The notes below the pieces were generated by a model that saw only the letters and a list, made by a program, of their open reading frames with translations, did no database searches and was not told the DNA's origin. Source: Candidatus Omnitrophota bacterium (GTDB lineage: Bacteria; Omnitrophota; Gorgyraeia; Zapsychrales; Fredricksoniimonadaceae). From it: DNA of 64,000 nucleotides. The stretch covers positions 8,457 to 72,456 of the forward strand of contig JAGWKL010000004.1 of NCBI GenBank assembly GCA_028865345.1. Reading direction: 5' to 3'. The position numbers were made by a program, and so were the translations under genes. Of the stretch, positions 63,504-64,000 are shown piece after piece (position 1 is the stretch's first letter; each line of letters starts with the position of its first letter).

Positions 63504-64000
63504 TTAATTCTGGACCTGCGGGCTATCTTGCCACGCAAGATCGACGGAAGGCAGGACCACTGTGAAGGCGCTCCCCCGACCCGGCCGGCTTTCCACCCGG
63601 ATATCCCCGTCATGGAGACGGGCTATCTTATAGGCAATGCTCAAGCCTAAGCCTCCCTCCGGCATGTCCTTGCCTTCACCGGTAAAGGCCTCAAAAATTC
63701 TTTCTAACTTGTCGGACGCGATCCCGGGGCCCGTGTCGCTGATAAGCCCGATGATCCTGCCGTTGTCTTTTCCGATGTGCGTATCCACACAACCGCCTTC
63801 GGGCGTGAACTTGATGGCATTATCGATAAGGTTAAAAAACAGCCGGCGTAGATGCAGCCTATCGGCCTTGATCATCAGCGGCGGCCTGATATTGTAAAAA
63901 TCCGTCCTGATCCCCACCCCTCTGTTGGCCGCCAGCAGGCGGTTCTGCTCGATGATCTCATTGAAGAATTCGATGAAATCGAAATGCTCGAATTTAAACA
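63504..64000 (-). CDS. Sensor histidine kinase, C-terminal HATPase part (partial; 5' end beyond window)
   Basis: N-box LFFNLIDNAIKFT. G1 DTGPGI. G2 GGLGLSIAYKIARLH. The reading frame stays open to 64000. Confidence 0.75.
   Translation of the reverse strand, partial: FKFEHFDFIEFFNEIIEQNRLLAANRGVGIRTDFYNIRPPLMIKADRLHLRRLFFNLIDNAIKFTPEGGCVDTHIGKDNGRIIGLISDTGPGIASDKLERIFEAFTGEGKDMPEGGLGLSIAYKIARLHDGDIRVESRPGRGSAFTVVLPSVDLAWQDSPQVQN

Noticed and set aside
1-64000. Search for CRISPR arrays, tRNA/rRNA genes, integrases, transposases and toxin-antitoxin pairs.
   Set aside because: No regularly spaced direct repeats were found. No T-psi-C-like GTTCGAATC cloverleaf candidates were found. No recombinase or transposase motifs appear in any frame. 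The only mobile-element-like feature is the non-coding inverted repeat at 41651..41789.

Overview
This 64-kb window is a gene-dense chromosomal segment from a Gram-negative (diderm) bacterium, as shown by a secretin, Mla lipid-transport genes and outer-membrane beta-barrel proteins. GC content is moderate to high. Almost all genes lie on the minus strand; the only plus-strand blocks are 30980..32718 and 45966..47228. Content, running right to left in transcription order, is as follows.

(i) 8322->1: a type II secretion / type IV pilus-like 'type IV filament' operon. It encodes a secretin, a GspL-like PilM/PilN fusion, a PilO/GspM-like protein, a PilP/GspC-like protein, a GspE ATPase, a GspF platform protein and at least three prepilin-type pseudopilins, and it continues beyond coordinate 1.

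(ii) 8461..10950: a compact metal-uptake-like operon with a small Cys-rich protein, a cupredoxin-like periplasmic protein, an outer-membrane barrel and an atypical NRAMP homologue.

(iii) 11106..13103: a UDP-sugar dehydrogenase locus.

(iv) 13214..15623: a Usp / MntH / Fur manganese-iron module with a shared operator-like box upstream of both fur and mntH.

(v) 15672..20281: hydrolases, including a transglutaminase-like protein, a GH5 hydrolase and an alpha/beta hydrolase.

(vi) 20289..30811: a long translationally coupled minus-strand array. It mixes cell-envelope glycan genes (Gfo/Idh/MocA oxidoreductase, hexapeptide acetyltransferase, GT2, and a GT-C/TPR membrane protein) with RlmB, an HD hydrolase, dCMP deaminase, an aminotransferase, an Hpt protein and a dual-PAS hybrid histidine kinase.

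(vii) 32715..40189: housekeeping genes greA, ybaB, yggT, mlaDFE, lipA, def, panD and trxA.

(viii) 41651..41789: a roughly 139-bp MITE-like element with about 34-bp terminal inverted repeats next to a peptidoglycan-peptide recycling pair (L-Ala-D/L-Glu epimerase and NlpC/P60).

(ix) 44246..56685: transporters and redox enzymes (OsmC, two divergent MFS transporters, FMN reductase, DipZ, SDR, a GH63-like hydrolase, a DUF748 protein and a GMC oxidoreductase).

(x) 56707..57948: a nitroreductase, and cspA with its promoter, long 5' UTR and strong terminator.

(xi) 57945..64000: a signalling island with a MASE1-PAS histidine kinase, three stand-alone receiver proteins, a REC-AraC regulator, a lipoprotein and a second histidine kinase that runs off the window.

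No rRNA, tRNA, CRISPR array, integrase or transposase was recognised. All functional calls come from motif-level reading of the supplied translations; no database search was possible. Gene starts were re-evaluated by eye; many ORF-track starts are GTG or TTG, and several annotated N-termini are probably too long.
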